The translations under genes were made by a program, and so were the position numbers. A DNA stretch of 64,000 bases from Callorhinchus milii (lineage: Eukaryota). This document shows, in pieces, positions 11,114 to 22,831 of this stretch. The stretch is taken from the NCBI RefSeq assembly GCF_018977255.1, contig NW_024704743.1, positions 56,856,001 to 56,920,000 on the forward strand. The letters are read 5' to 3'. The notes beneath the pieces are model-generated. The model was not told the DNA's origin. It was given only the letters and a program-made list of their open reading frames with translations, and searched no databases. Positions within the stretch are counted from its first letter, which is position 1. Every line of letters starts with the position of its first letter.

Positions 11114-11990
11114 TTCAAAACCTTTCTCTTTGACCGAGCCTTCAGCTCCCCTCTCGACTCTCTTCCCCCTCCTCGCTCCCTCCCTTCCCTCCCCTCACCC
11201 TGACCATTTCCCCCCTCCTTGCTCCCTCCCTTCCCTCCCCTCACCCTGACAACAACAACAACAACAACAAGATTCCATTGATAAAGCGCCTTTCACGTCA
11301 GGAGGACGTCCCAAGGCGCTGCACAGTTGGGTCATGACCCGAGCAGGGGGGAAATGGTCAGGGTGAGGGGAGGGAGGGAGCGAGGAGGGGGAAATGGTCA
11401 GGGTGAGGGGAGGGAAGGGAGGGAGCAAGGAGGGGGGAAATGGTCAGGGTGAGGGGAGGGAAGGAGGGAGCGAGGAGGGGGAAGAGAGTCGAGAGGGGAG
11501 CTGAAGGCACGGTCAAAGAGAAAGGTTTTGAGACCAGCCTTGAAGGAGGAAAGGGAGGAAGCAAGACGAAGGCACTGGGGGATAGAGTTCCAGAGCCTGG
11601 GGGCTGAGAGGCTGAAGGCCCGACCACCGATGGTAGGGCGGTTGGGGCGGGGGACGTGGAGCAGACCGGAGCCAGAGGAACAGAGGGTACGGGCAGGTAG
11701 GTAGGGGGATAGTAGGTTGGAGAGGTAGGAGGGAGCAAGGCCATGAATGGCCTTGTAGGTGAAGATGAGGATCTTGAAATCAATCCTCTGGGGGATGGGG
11801 AGCCAGTGGAGGCGAGCGAGGGTGGGAGTGATGTGGTCCCGAAGCCTGGTGCGGGACACTACACGAGCTGCAGAGTTCTGAATGACCATTTCCCCCCTGC
11901 TCGGGTCATGACCCAACTGTGCAGCGCCTTGGGACGTCCTCCTGACGTGAAAGGCGCTTTATAAATGGAATCTTGTTGTTGTTGTTGTTG
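11114..11990 (+). mobile_element. Young-family L2 3' end (11114-11250 + 11887-11990), interrupted
   Basis: The joined halves reproduce the 3' end of the 53018-54771 copy, including stem-loop and (TTG)n. Confidence 0.9.
11251..11882 (-). mobile_element. Young-family L2, 5'-truncated, nested in opposite orientation
   Basis: Minus ORF IQNSAAR...LHWLPIPQRIDFKI...LFDRAF; (AAC)n at 11251-11270; TGAC on both sides. Confidence 0.95.
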
Positions 11991-13033
11991 TAGTATATTC
12001 CATGAAGCGCTTTAAGACATCTTAACAACCGTGATAACTCGTGATATAAAAGTTTAAAGGATTAAAAATCCTACCTCACTTTCTGCTGGTACTGGCAATT
12101 TGTGTTTATGCTAATGGTACACTATTCTTCCTTCATTTCAAGGTGAAGTTTTCTTGCTCTTGAGTTAATGTGCATGTTTATGCATGTCAATGGTTTTGTT
12201 TATGAAACACACTATAGGCGATAATCACTCAACATTTTGCTGGGCTGAAACTGTAAAGCCCCTCCAACCTGGCAAATTTGGGGAATCTCCGAGCTAGCCT
12301 TGAAGCTGAGCAATGGAGGTGCTTGGCTAAAGCTGAAGGAAGAACAATTTATTGATCTCAGAAATTATTCATATAGATATGTGTTATTTGATACCTGCCG
12401 TTTAGTTGAATGGTGATCTTATTTCCATGCTGATATGTGAAGACACAAAAATGGTCATAATGGTGACCATCTTAAATGCTAGGGCAATGGTATTAAGCCT
12501 AAGAACATGAGAAATTTTGCACTGGCAGGAGTCAAAACAGTATTTATTTATTAATATCTTGATTTCAGTTGCTGGTGGAATAGACTATTATACTATTATA
12601 TTATTATTATGTTTATTATAATTATTATAATATTAGCATTGTGCTTTTTCACACCAGATATGTTTATGCAACATGCAGAGCATGGCTATTTCCAGGAATC
12701 CAAGACAAAGTTGCCTGCTTTGAGCTAATCGGTGAATCTCTGAATTTGGGATAGATTAGCTCTATCCTTCTGATCCCAGGAGATTCAATGCTAGATTCCC
12801 ATTAGTCTTCCTTAGTTACCACAAATCACACATTACAATCTCTACCAATCTTTAAAGCTGAAATGTTTTAGCAGCTTTTCATGTGTTGTTCTTTAAATGT
12901 GGCCAGACAAAAGCATACATTCGCAAAAGAGCAGCATATTAATAAACACTATTCTTTGGTTTTCTTAACCTACTCAGTATCAGTGTTATTACAGTAATAC
13001 TTGAATAGGTTGTTCAGCTTTAAGGCTAGTTGT

Positions 13034-13501
13034 TGGGAAATTTGGCTGCAGGTAGATAATATGACTCATGGACCTATTGCGTATCACACACGCATATTAC
13101 AAATGGCACATTTTAATGTGTTATGCAGGTTTGGACTTACATCTAGCAGGGTGTGTGGTTTAAAGGCATAATATTCTGTTTGTTTTTTGATATTGTGCTG
13201 TGAATGTGAAACCATTTAATCACTGGATGTTTCAGCTTGGAGCCCTGTCCATCGACATTGTTAGTCGCTTGCTAAAAGTCACCCATGAGTAAGGAAAGAG
13301 ACACTCAGGTTAGGTTTCCCTCTCTCACGCAGATGATGCAAGTGATAAAAAATACTTTTTTCTAGGAAAATATATAGTGTTAGTGGGACTTAGGCTTGAG
13401 TCTCATGGGAAATTTGGCTGCAGATAGATAATATGACTCATGGATCTATTGCATATCACACCGCATATTACAAATGGCATATTCCAATGTGTTATGCAGG
13501 T
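13034..13501. repeat. ~97-bp direct repeat pair (13034-13130, 13406-13501)
   Basis: TGGGAAATTTGGCTGCAG...ATGTGTTATGCAGGT occurs twice with a few substitutions and one small indel. Confidence 0.9.
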
Positions 13502-13757
13502 ATATACATTTAAGAGAATATCCTTAATCCTGACTGATTAACTTACTTGGCTCTAGGCCAATTTGTTCTTGGAAATTTCAACAGATCAGTTTAGAACTGA
13601 CTGATTTATTGGAATAACTACAGAAAAGTTTCCAAATGAGTGAATAACACATGAAATAATAATAAATTATTATGTTTGAAATGAAGGAAATGAAGGAAAA
13701 CATAGCATTATTATGTTTGTGGGACACTGCAAATTAATTGCTGCTTTTGGCTACAAA

Positions 13758-14075
13758 ATAATAATAAGAATCCTTGCATTTCAAATGGCGACTTATCACA
13801 TCTTTGAGATATCTCGAAGTGCTTCACAGAATATACTGTAAAGTGAATTGACTGTATATTTTGTGGACGAAACGCGGCAGTCAATTGCAAACAGTCATGG
13901 ATTGAAGTGACCAATTTATTATTTTTTTTATTACCTCCGGAAAAGCGATCCACCAATCAACTAACAAGCGAGTTCCTATTTACTGCTAGGTAAAACAGAG
14001 GCATGTGGAGTAAGGAAATTTGCCCAACAATTCACCCTGCCAGGAATCGAACACAGGTCTCTTGCTTTACAGTAC
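13758..14075 (-). mobile_element. Family A SINE
   Basis: Reverse complement collinear with 39807-40172 (tail AATCCTTGCATTT, Deu segment, GGAGTAAGGAAATTTGCCCAA, box B). Confidence 0.85.
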
Positions 14076-14129
14076 TCGACTTGTATAACTACTTGAAAAA
14101 GCCATTCCTGAAATGCATCATTTAGAAAT

Positions 14130-14345
14130 ACAACAACAACAAATTGCATTTGTGTAGCGCCTTTCACGTTGAGAGGACATCCCAAGGCGCTGGACAGTCA
14201 GAGTTTCGGACCCGAGCTGGGGTTTGGGATCGGGGAGGGTGGAGGGCAGGGGGGAAGTAGTGTGATCGAAAGCATGGTTGAAGAGGAGGGTCTTGAGATC
14301 GGTTTTGAAGGAAGCAAGGGAGGGGGTAAAGCAGAAGGATTGTGG
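14130..14345 (-). mobile_element. L2 3' terminal fragment
   Basis: (AAC)n tail, AGCGCCTTTCACGT...CCCAAGGCGCT stem-loop and the end of ORF2. Confidence 0.8.
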
Positions 14346-17300
14346 GGCCAGACACAGTCACTTCACAGTAATATTCTATGAAGCACTTTGGACACACTCC
14401 TGACATGGAAAGCGCTATACCAAATGTAAAGATTATTATTATAAATAATAATTATTATTATTATGATAGAAAAACTGCACTTTTTAGCACAGATGCACAA
14501 AACTCATCATCAGTCACTGAGCCTTCAGCTCCTATGCTCCCACTTTCTGGAACTCCCTCCCTAAATCCACAAAATCTAAATCCACTTCACTCGTTCTCTG
14601 TCCTGAAAGCTTCCTGAAAACCTATCTCTTTGACTGTTGCTATGGTCAGGTCCCTGCTCCCTTCTCTTTCCTCACTGCTAAGTGTCAAGCATCACTTCTG
14701 TACGAGATGTTATCCTTTGTGAAAGGCGTTATATAAATGTAAGTTTTTTTTCCCTATGATTTCAGTAGAACGTCATTATTACAAAGTTCTCATAGACTGA
14801 CCTCAAATCAATTCATAATAGGATGAACCCTAAATAACAATAACAACAACTTGTGTTTATATAGCACCCTTCATGTAGGATTGCATATCAGAATTGTAAT
14901 AATCCTTCGGTTGACAATCCCGAAAAGATTGTACTGATCATGATTAGCTGAACACAATACATAAAGGAATCCACCTTCAAAGTGTTAGACTTCTAAAAAC
15001 TGTAATGTTTAGTCTAGCAAAATGTTCACAACTATATAATCAGCTGTGCAGAACCGTGATAGTGCTTCTAAATTCTTTGCCATGTGATTGTCTCAGTCTC
15101 TTAGGAATCCTTTAAAAACATCTTTTGTCTCCATTGTGACAAGGAGACCGTAAAGTACCAGCAGACTAAACAAAGAAGACGTTGGAAAAAGTTTCATTTG
15201 TTTTCAAAGAGCTGGAAACCTCTTGTTATTGCACTTCAATCATTAGCAGCAAACTCTAAAGCTTCCAGTCATTGAGCTAAGTTAGAAATAAGGAGCAATA
15301 ACACAAGAAAATCACTGCAACTTTCTAACTGTACATTGTAGTGGTGTACGGTGCTTTAGAATAGTAAGTGATAACATTTTGAAACTTATCAGATAAAAAA
15401 GGCAACGTTTCAAAACAGATTCAATGTGATGTTGCATGTCAAGAAATTACATTTTTCACTCAATTTTTCACTCCATAGCTGCTGTTTTCACAATGGTAAA
15501 ATATTATTTTGCATTCTTTGCATTGAAAGACTGAAAGCTCCTTTGATTTTTAGTTGGATTCAGTCAAAAGACCAAATGCAAGAAGAGCATTTCTTAAATT
15601 TATGATATAATTGACATTTTGCTTCATTGTTTTTACCCCGAAGAATTCTATCTTCTAAAGTCTTGACATGCATAAAAACAAGTCATGCGTGTTGCCTCTC
15701 ATTGGTTAAAAGCTGACATAACAATTGAGAGTCAACCAGTGCAATGAGCTGATGAGACGCATAATTTTCTTAAGTGTTTCATGTTCAGTGTCTGTAACTT
15801 GACTCTGGGAAATAAAATAACAGTATCGAAAAANCATGGAACATATTCTGTTTCTTAATTACCACAAGCATAAAATTTAAGAGGGGTATGAAGTTTGTGG
15901 TGAAAAAATATCATTTATCGATAAAGCTATTGAAATGGTAATAATTTGACTGGGTGGTGGGGGTGGTGGGGTGGCTGATGGCCCCCCTCCTCTCTGCTAC
16001 ATGAAATATATTTAGGAATACTGCAACATTTAGGAAAACATCCAAGAAGCGAATGGTCAATTTTATCAAGGGGAGTGATTGGCTGAGATTGCTCTTTAAA
16101 AGCACCAGCACAAACACAATGTGCCAAAAGGCCTTCTTCTTTGCTGTAAATTTCTATGGTTCTATAAAAGGAAACGTCCTTTTGTTTCAATTAGTACAAT
16201 GAGATCTCTACCTGAACTGGCAGTCAGGACCTCGGTTAACATATCACCTTAAGTTTGGCGCCTCCAAGAATGCAGCAAATCTTCAGCAATGCACTGGAGT
16301 GTTGATTTCAAAGCCACAACATGGGATTAGAACCTACAATCTTCAGACTCAGATTGAGTGATGCCAACTGAGCCACGTTGACACACAAATAGTTATGTAG
16401 GTGTCATAGAGAGCAAGAAAAGCCAATTACTGTCATTTGATGTGATTACTCTGTTGCTGTACCAAATTATGGTTTATCTTTACTTGCAGTCAGGAATTAC
16501 AAATATTGTTTACCAAAATTGTGTGGTAGATAGGGGAAGTGGATACTCAGTCACAATTACCCTTTGGATAGATTTTGATAGGTATTCCAAGCAGTAAAGA
16601 TTGTTATCGTTGTGTAATTGCTAAAATATCTAAACAAACTACTGAACAAACATTTTAACATAACTGTTGTCCAGTAGCAGCTGGAGATAAGGAACTAATT
16701 CTTGCTGAGAAATGATTCTGAAAGGATAAAGCTTGAATCTGCCAACGTTCCTCTTCATCCAAACTAATGAAATCTTGTTGTTGTTGTAATCTTGTGATCT
16801 TGTGATTCCAGTGATGTCAGTCACTCTCCAGTACTTTGCTGAGGAGATCGTTCTTACAATGTGCACTGAGGCAATGAGTTTCATCGAGTTATTTGACTGC
16901 TTTCAATCTTATTCTCACCCAGCATACATGCACACTTTCTAACAACGGTCATTGGACAGAGATGGATGGGTTCTGGAAGAGAAATTCTCATGTTGTCTGC
17001 CTTTATCCACTAGGCCATTGGGAGCTAAGAAACACTCATTTACAGTGAGTGTATAAGCTTACATGTCTTATGCTTTTAGACCTGATTAAATATTTAATTG
17101 CAATTGAAAGTTGAGATGTTGGCAAGCAATATTTACACAGGAATGTGACTTCAAAAGAACGTCATCACACCTGGATATTTTAACATTTTGGCAAGGAAAT
17201 CATCTAGCATACGCACGTTCATTTTGGCTGGCCTTGTAATTTCATACTTCCTTAACTCCTTGAGTGTCAGATTTCCTTAGCAACTCTACAGTTTGTTCGT

Positions 17301-17696
17301 CACAATACACCTGAAGGAAGGAGCTTTCATTTTGTAGTTTTCCCTCTTATATTTCTGTGGGATCTAATACTCACAGCCTATCACTCCCTCAAAGGCTCAG
17401 TTTGTAAAGCAAAAACTCCCTATCCTTGGACAATCCTAAATTTGTTCATCTCAGTCAGTGAAGCAGTAGGAACATGCCATTTGGTCTCTGAGCTCCAGAG
17501 CTAAGGGTGGTGAAATTTCCCATGGTTTCTGACTGCCATTCAATGACTACTGTTGGAAAGTCCAGCTGTATGGAATCTTGTTGTTGTTGTATGGTCATCA
17601 GATTGAATTGGCTGTGAAGTCCCCCATAATCAACTTTCTGTTTGGGCATCTGTGTGTCAAGTGTTTGAGCTACCACTCTTCCTTATTTCCTGTAAA

Positions 17697-19935
17697 GGAC
17701 AACCACCACCTTCTCTTTTCCACCACAAACCATCTCCTCTGTCCACCTTGCCACGCCTCGCCCATCCTCTCCTCAAATTCCAACTGTGAGGAGATGCTGG
17801 ATCTCCTCAAAACCAAAATCGAGGGGATACGTTCAGCCACCTCTGCCCCATCCACAGCCACCCCTACATCACCTCTCCCTCATGACCCACCCATCCCCCC
17901 CTATACTCCTTTGACCCTATCTCTCCCTCCTCCCTCTCCGTGATTGTTCGCAAACTCAAACACACCACTAGCTCCCTCGATCCCATCCCCACCTCTCTCC
18001 TCATCTCCCAGCTCCACCTTCTGGCCCCTCTCCTATCCGATGTCATCAACCTCTCCTTGTCCACCGGTTCAGTTCCCAACCCCCTAAAAACAGCCGTCAT
18101 CACCTGCATCCTGAAAAAACCTTCCCTGGACCCATCCCTCCTCTCCAGCTACCGCCCCATCTCTAAACTCCCATTCCTCTCCAAGGTCCTAGAATGAGTC
18201 ATCGCGTCCCAGCTCCGCTCCTTTCTCTCTCACCATTCCCTCTTTGAACCCCTCCAATCCGGCTTCCTCGCTGCCCACAGCACGGAAACAGCTCTGGTCA
18301 AAGTCACTAATGACATTCTGAACATCTGTGATCAGGGCTTCCTCTGCCTCCTTGTCCTCCTCGACCTCTCTGCCATGTTCAACACTGCCAACCACTCCAT
18401 CCTCATACACTGCCTCTCCTCCTTACTTAATCTTAATCTGTGGAGTCCTGTAGCTCAGTGGTTAGAGCACATGCTTTGCAAGCGAGAGACCTGAGTTCAA
18501 TTCCAGGCGGGGTGAAACCTTGGGCAAGTTTCCTTACTCCACACAGAGCCTAATAATAATCCCTCCAAAACCAAAAACAAGAATAAATTGGTCATTTTCA
18601 ATCTACGACTGTTTGCGGGACATTGCTGTGAGCAATTGGCTGCCGCGTTCGCCCACAAATATATACAGTCAATTCACTTTACAGTGTGTTCTGTGAAGCA
18701 CTTTGGGACGTCCTCCCGACGTGAAAAGCGCTATATCAAATGCAAGGATTATTATTATTATTATTAATCTTCGCGGACCTGCCCTTGCCTGGTTCAATTC
18801 CTATCTCTCTCAGCGTCTCTACTTTGTTGCCTCTAACGGTTTCTCCTCCAGCCCCCGCACTGTCATGTCTGGCGTCCCCCAGGGCTCTGTCCTTGGCCCT
18901 CTCCTCTTTAATATCTACATGCTCCCCCTTGGTGACATAATCCGCAGACATGGGGTCAACTTCCATATGTATGCGGATGACACCCAACTCTATCTTTCTG
19001 TCTCTGCCTTCAACTCTAGGACCACTGCTGTCCTCACAGACTTCCTGTCAGACATCAAGTCCTGGATGAGGGCAAATTTCCTACAGTTGAATGTGAACAA
19101 GACTGAGGCCCTCCTGATTGGCTCCCGCCAGCGCCTCAGCACCTCAGGCTCTGGCAGCATCAACCTCCATGGTTGCACATTTCAACTCACCAACTCACCG
19201 CCAATCAGGAACCCAGGTGTCTTGTTCGACCCTCAACTGTCTTTTCTCCCCACCTCCAAACCATGACCCACTCTGCCTTGGCTCACCTCCGTAACATCGC
19301 CCGACTCCGCCACTACCTCACCCCTCAGGCCGCTGAAACTGTTGTTCATGTCTTCATCACCTCTAAGCTCGACTATGCAAACGCACTGCTTGTTGGCCTT
19401 CCCAACTCCTCCCTCCACAGGCTGCGGATATTTCAGAACTCTGCAGCCCATGTCCTCTCCTGCACCAAACTCTGTGACCCCATCTCCCCCATTCTCGCCC
19501 CTATCCTTCAGAGGATCCAGTTCAAAATCCTGTTCCTCACTTACAAAGCCTTCAATGGTCTCGCCCCACCCTACCTCTGCGACCTCCTAAGCCCCTACCA
19601 ACCCGCCCACTCCCTCCGCTCAGCCGGCTCTGGCCTGCTCCACATCCCCCGACCCACCCACCCTACCATTGGCGGGAGAACTTTTAGCCACTTTGCCCCC
19701 AACCTCTGGAACTCCATTCCCCAATCACTCCGCCTCGCCCCCTCCTTAGCCTCCTTCAAGTCCCGCCTCAAGACCCTCCTCTTTGACCATGCCATCGGCC
19801 ACCCCCCTTCCCCTCCCCTCCCCTTCCTTCTTCCCCCCTGACCCCAGCTCGGGTCTGAAATGCTGAACACTGTGCAGCGCCTTGGGACGTCCTCCCAACG
19901 TGAAAGGCGCTATACAAATGTAATCTTGTTGTTGT
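17697..19935 (+). mobile_element. 5'-truncated L2 (linker, RT, C-terminus, 3' UTR), frameshifted, interrupted by a SINE
   Basis: ORF pieces [39 protein letters not shown]; (TTG)n tail; TGTAAA on both sides (17691-17696, 19936-19941). Confidence 0.95.
18439..18763 (+). mobile_element. Young family A SINE (tRNA-Ala-like head) inserted in L2
   Basis: TAGCTCAGTGGTTAGAGC (box A), GTTCAATTCC (box B), Deu segment, L2-type stem-loop, (ATT)n; TTAATCTT duplicated at 18427-18434 and 18764-18771. Confidence 0.92.
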
Positions 19936-20969
19936 TGTAAATCTCTAATTTTGATCATTGCAGAGCCAGAAAAAAAATATAGAACGTTCCTTTAATTGTG
20001 GCATTTTGTGTTATCACATAACATAGATTGATAACAATTCTTGTTTTTCCTCTCTAAGTATTCAATTGACTGTTTCCTAATTGACAGTGATAAATGGGAG
20101 AAAACAACATTGGGAAGTGTCTCCACAAGCTGCCCCAGTGTTTCCCAGATAGTTTTTATTCAATACATAATCTCTTTGACCATGCTTTCTGTCATCTTTC
20201 CCCTCTCCAAGTCTTCCTTTCCCACCACTAGTTCAGGTGATCCAGCAAGAAGTATCAACCTCAAGCACTTTGAGATATCCTATAGATGTGAAAGGCGCTC
20301 TGTAAATGTAACTTGTACTGTATAACAACAGGTAGGTTATAGAACAATATTAAAAATAGTCAATAATAAGACTAAACAACAACAACAATTTTACATTTGT
20401 ACAGGGCTTTCAATTCGGAAGGACATTCCAAGGAGTTTCACAGAATATAATAATAATAATATTACGTTTTCAAGCCGTCTTAAAGTGCTTCAAGGAACAT
20501 AAAAATCCTTGCATTTAATACAGTGCTTTATCTCATCTTCGCGATGTTCTCAAAGCATTTCACACAGGATGCAATGTAAAGTGAATTGACTATATATTTT
20601 GTGGACGAAACGCGGGAGCCAATTGCGCACAGCAGTTGTAGCTGGATGTAGCTCGGTGATGTACATTATGCTAATGAGCTGCAATGCTGTAAAGTATAGA
20701 CTAGGGAGCTGTAGTTTATGCAATGGGTAAAATATATGAATAAATTATGGATCTGGAGAGAGAGCCTGTTATGAATACTCAATTAAGCAGATAAGGTGCA
20801 CACACTGTACTGGGGTATGTTTGGTTTGATAACCTTGTTCCTGAACACATTGCTACACTGGATATTGGTGCTGTTGAATTGATGCCTGAGAATAGTACAC
20901 TATTGTGTCAGCATTTTACCAAAGTGCTGCCTTGTCGCTTTAGATGTCTCTGCGGGGTTCTGTCCGGCA

Positions 20970-22183
20970 ACAACAACAACAACAACAAGATTCCATTTAT
21001 AAAGCGCCTTTCACGTCAGGAGGACGTCCCAAGGCGCTGCACAGTTGGGTCATGACCCGAGCAGGGGGGAAATGGTCAGGGTGAGGGGAGGGAAGGGAGG
21101 GAGCGAGGAGGGGGGAAATGGTCAGGGTAAGGGGAGGGAAGGGAGGGAGCGAGGAGGGGGAAGAGAGTCGAGAGGGGAGCTAAGGCACGGTCAAAGAGAA
21201 AGGTTTTGAGACCGGCCTTGAAGGAGGAAAGGGAGGAAGCAAGGCGAAGGCACTGGGGGATGGAGTTCCAGAGCCTGGGGGCTGAGAGGCTGAAGGCCCG
21301 ACCACCGATGGTAAGGCGATTGGGGCGGGGGACGTGGAGCAGACTGGAGCCAGAGGAACGGAGGGTACGGGCAGGTAGGTAGGGGGATAGTAGGTTGGAG
21401 AGGTAGGAGGGAGCAAGGCCGTGAATGGCCTTGTAGGTGAGGATGAGGATCTTGAAATCAATCCTCTGGGGGATGGGGAGCCAGTGGAGGCGAGCGAGGG
21501 TGGGAGTGATGTGGTCCCGAAGCCTGGTGCGGGACAGTACACGAGCTGCAGAGTTCTGAATGACCTGCAGCTTGTGGAGGGAGGTGCCGGGAAGGCCGGC
21601 GAGGAGAGAGTTCCCATAGTCCAGCCTTGAGGTGACAAAGGCGTGGACCAGAGTTTCAGCAGCGTGAGGGGTGAGGTAGTGCCGTAGTCTGGCGATGTTC
21701 CGGAGGTGATGGAAGGCGGTGCCAGTTGTGGTGCGGATGTGAGGGAGAAAGGACAGCTCAGGGTCGAACAAAACGCCGAGGTTCCTGACTGGCTTTGAGA
21801 GGTGGAGAGTGCAGCCTTGGATGCTGATGCTGTCAGCGCCTGAGGTGCGGAGGCGCTGACGTGAGCCAATCAGGAGGGCCTCAGTTTTACGTACGTTGAG
21901 CTGAAGAAAGTTGTCTCTCGTCCAGGACTCAATGTCGGACAGGCAGCTGTCAGGACATCGGTGGTCGTGGAGTTGAGAGTAGAGGAGGAAAGGTAGAGTT
22001 GGGTGTCATCCGCATACATGTGGAAGTTAACTCCATGTCTGCGGATGATGTCACCAAGGGGGAGCATGTAGAGGGTGAAGAGGAGGGGACCAAGGACAGA
22101 GCCCTGAGGGACACCACATGAGACAGTGCGGGGGGTGGAGGAGAAGCCATTCGTCGAGACGAAATGAAGACGGTGAGAAAGGT
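20970..22183 (-). mobile_element. Young-family L2, 5'-truncated within RT
   Basis: Minus ORFs 21870-22193 (GVPQGS...YADD) and 21076-21771; about 15 differences per kb from 53521-54771 by eye; GGCA on both sides (20966-20969, 22184-22187). Confidence 0.97.
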
Positions 22184-22831
22184 GGCAGCGCAAACAGCTT
22201 AATAAAAACTTGAAAACATTGCAATTGTGATGTTAATTTATTGAATAGTAATTCAACACTGCCTGTTTCATAGGTAAGTATTATTTACATTTGATTTATA
22301 TGAAATAAACTCTTTCTGCTCTGTACACAACTATTGTTCCCGAGCTGGTGTGCTCGCCTCAATTTAGAAAGGCTAATGCACTAAAAAAGCATCTTGTTCT
22401 TCTTTACTGCCATGTTTCGGCATGATAGAGATGAAAATAAATCATGTTTTGAAATGTTTAGAGGTCAGAGGGTCTGTGGAAATATGCATTCAGATGAATA
22501 ATCTATCCCTGGAGCGTTATCAAGAAACATCAGCAGCTAATGCATAGATACAATCATTGTGTCCTTTTGCTTTTCTCCTCATTTCAGTGCATTCTTCTAA
22601 ATATTTGTCTTCAAAGAGCAAGCAAGCAAGTTGTAGTGATGTCACTGGGCCACTGCCTTGGAAGAGTTACTAAATCTGACACGCCAGGACAGCTGGATTA
22701 ACATCTACAGCTGAAATGACCAGGTAGTTGCCTGAAGAGCATGGATACCATGACTCATTCCCCTGCAGATGTAAGTTCAACATCTTTCCATTGCTTGGTT
22801 GAAGAACGCCTCTAAGCCTGTTTACCCAAAG

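Larger units (their letters stand above)
10415..12050 (+). mobile_element. Family A SINE split into three pieces (10415-10495, ~11035-11114, 11991-12050) by L2 insertions
   Basis: tRNA-like head, then Deu segment ...CAGTCAATTCACTT, resuming as TAGTATATTCCATGAAGCGCTTT; collinear with the intact copy at 39807-40172. Confidence 0.75.

Noticed and set aside
11160..11500. Regular repeats as a CRISPR-like array
   Set aside because: Tandem units without unique spacers, belonging to the L2 3' end; eukaryotic context.
13034..13501. Miniature LTR element (TG...CA)
   Set aside because: Identity extends past the CA, and no PBS, polypurine tract or TSD is visible.
15834..15834. Single N bases (also 49606)
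   Set aside because: Both follow A runs, so they are base-calling ambiguity. They also warn that some indels may be technical.
18439..18512. tRNA-Ala-like sequence (also at 39807, 46120, 59470, 61831)
   Set aside because: No proper acceptor stem, and it continues into a SINE body; these are SINE heads, not tRNA genes.
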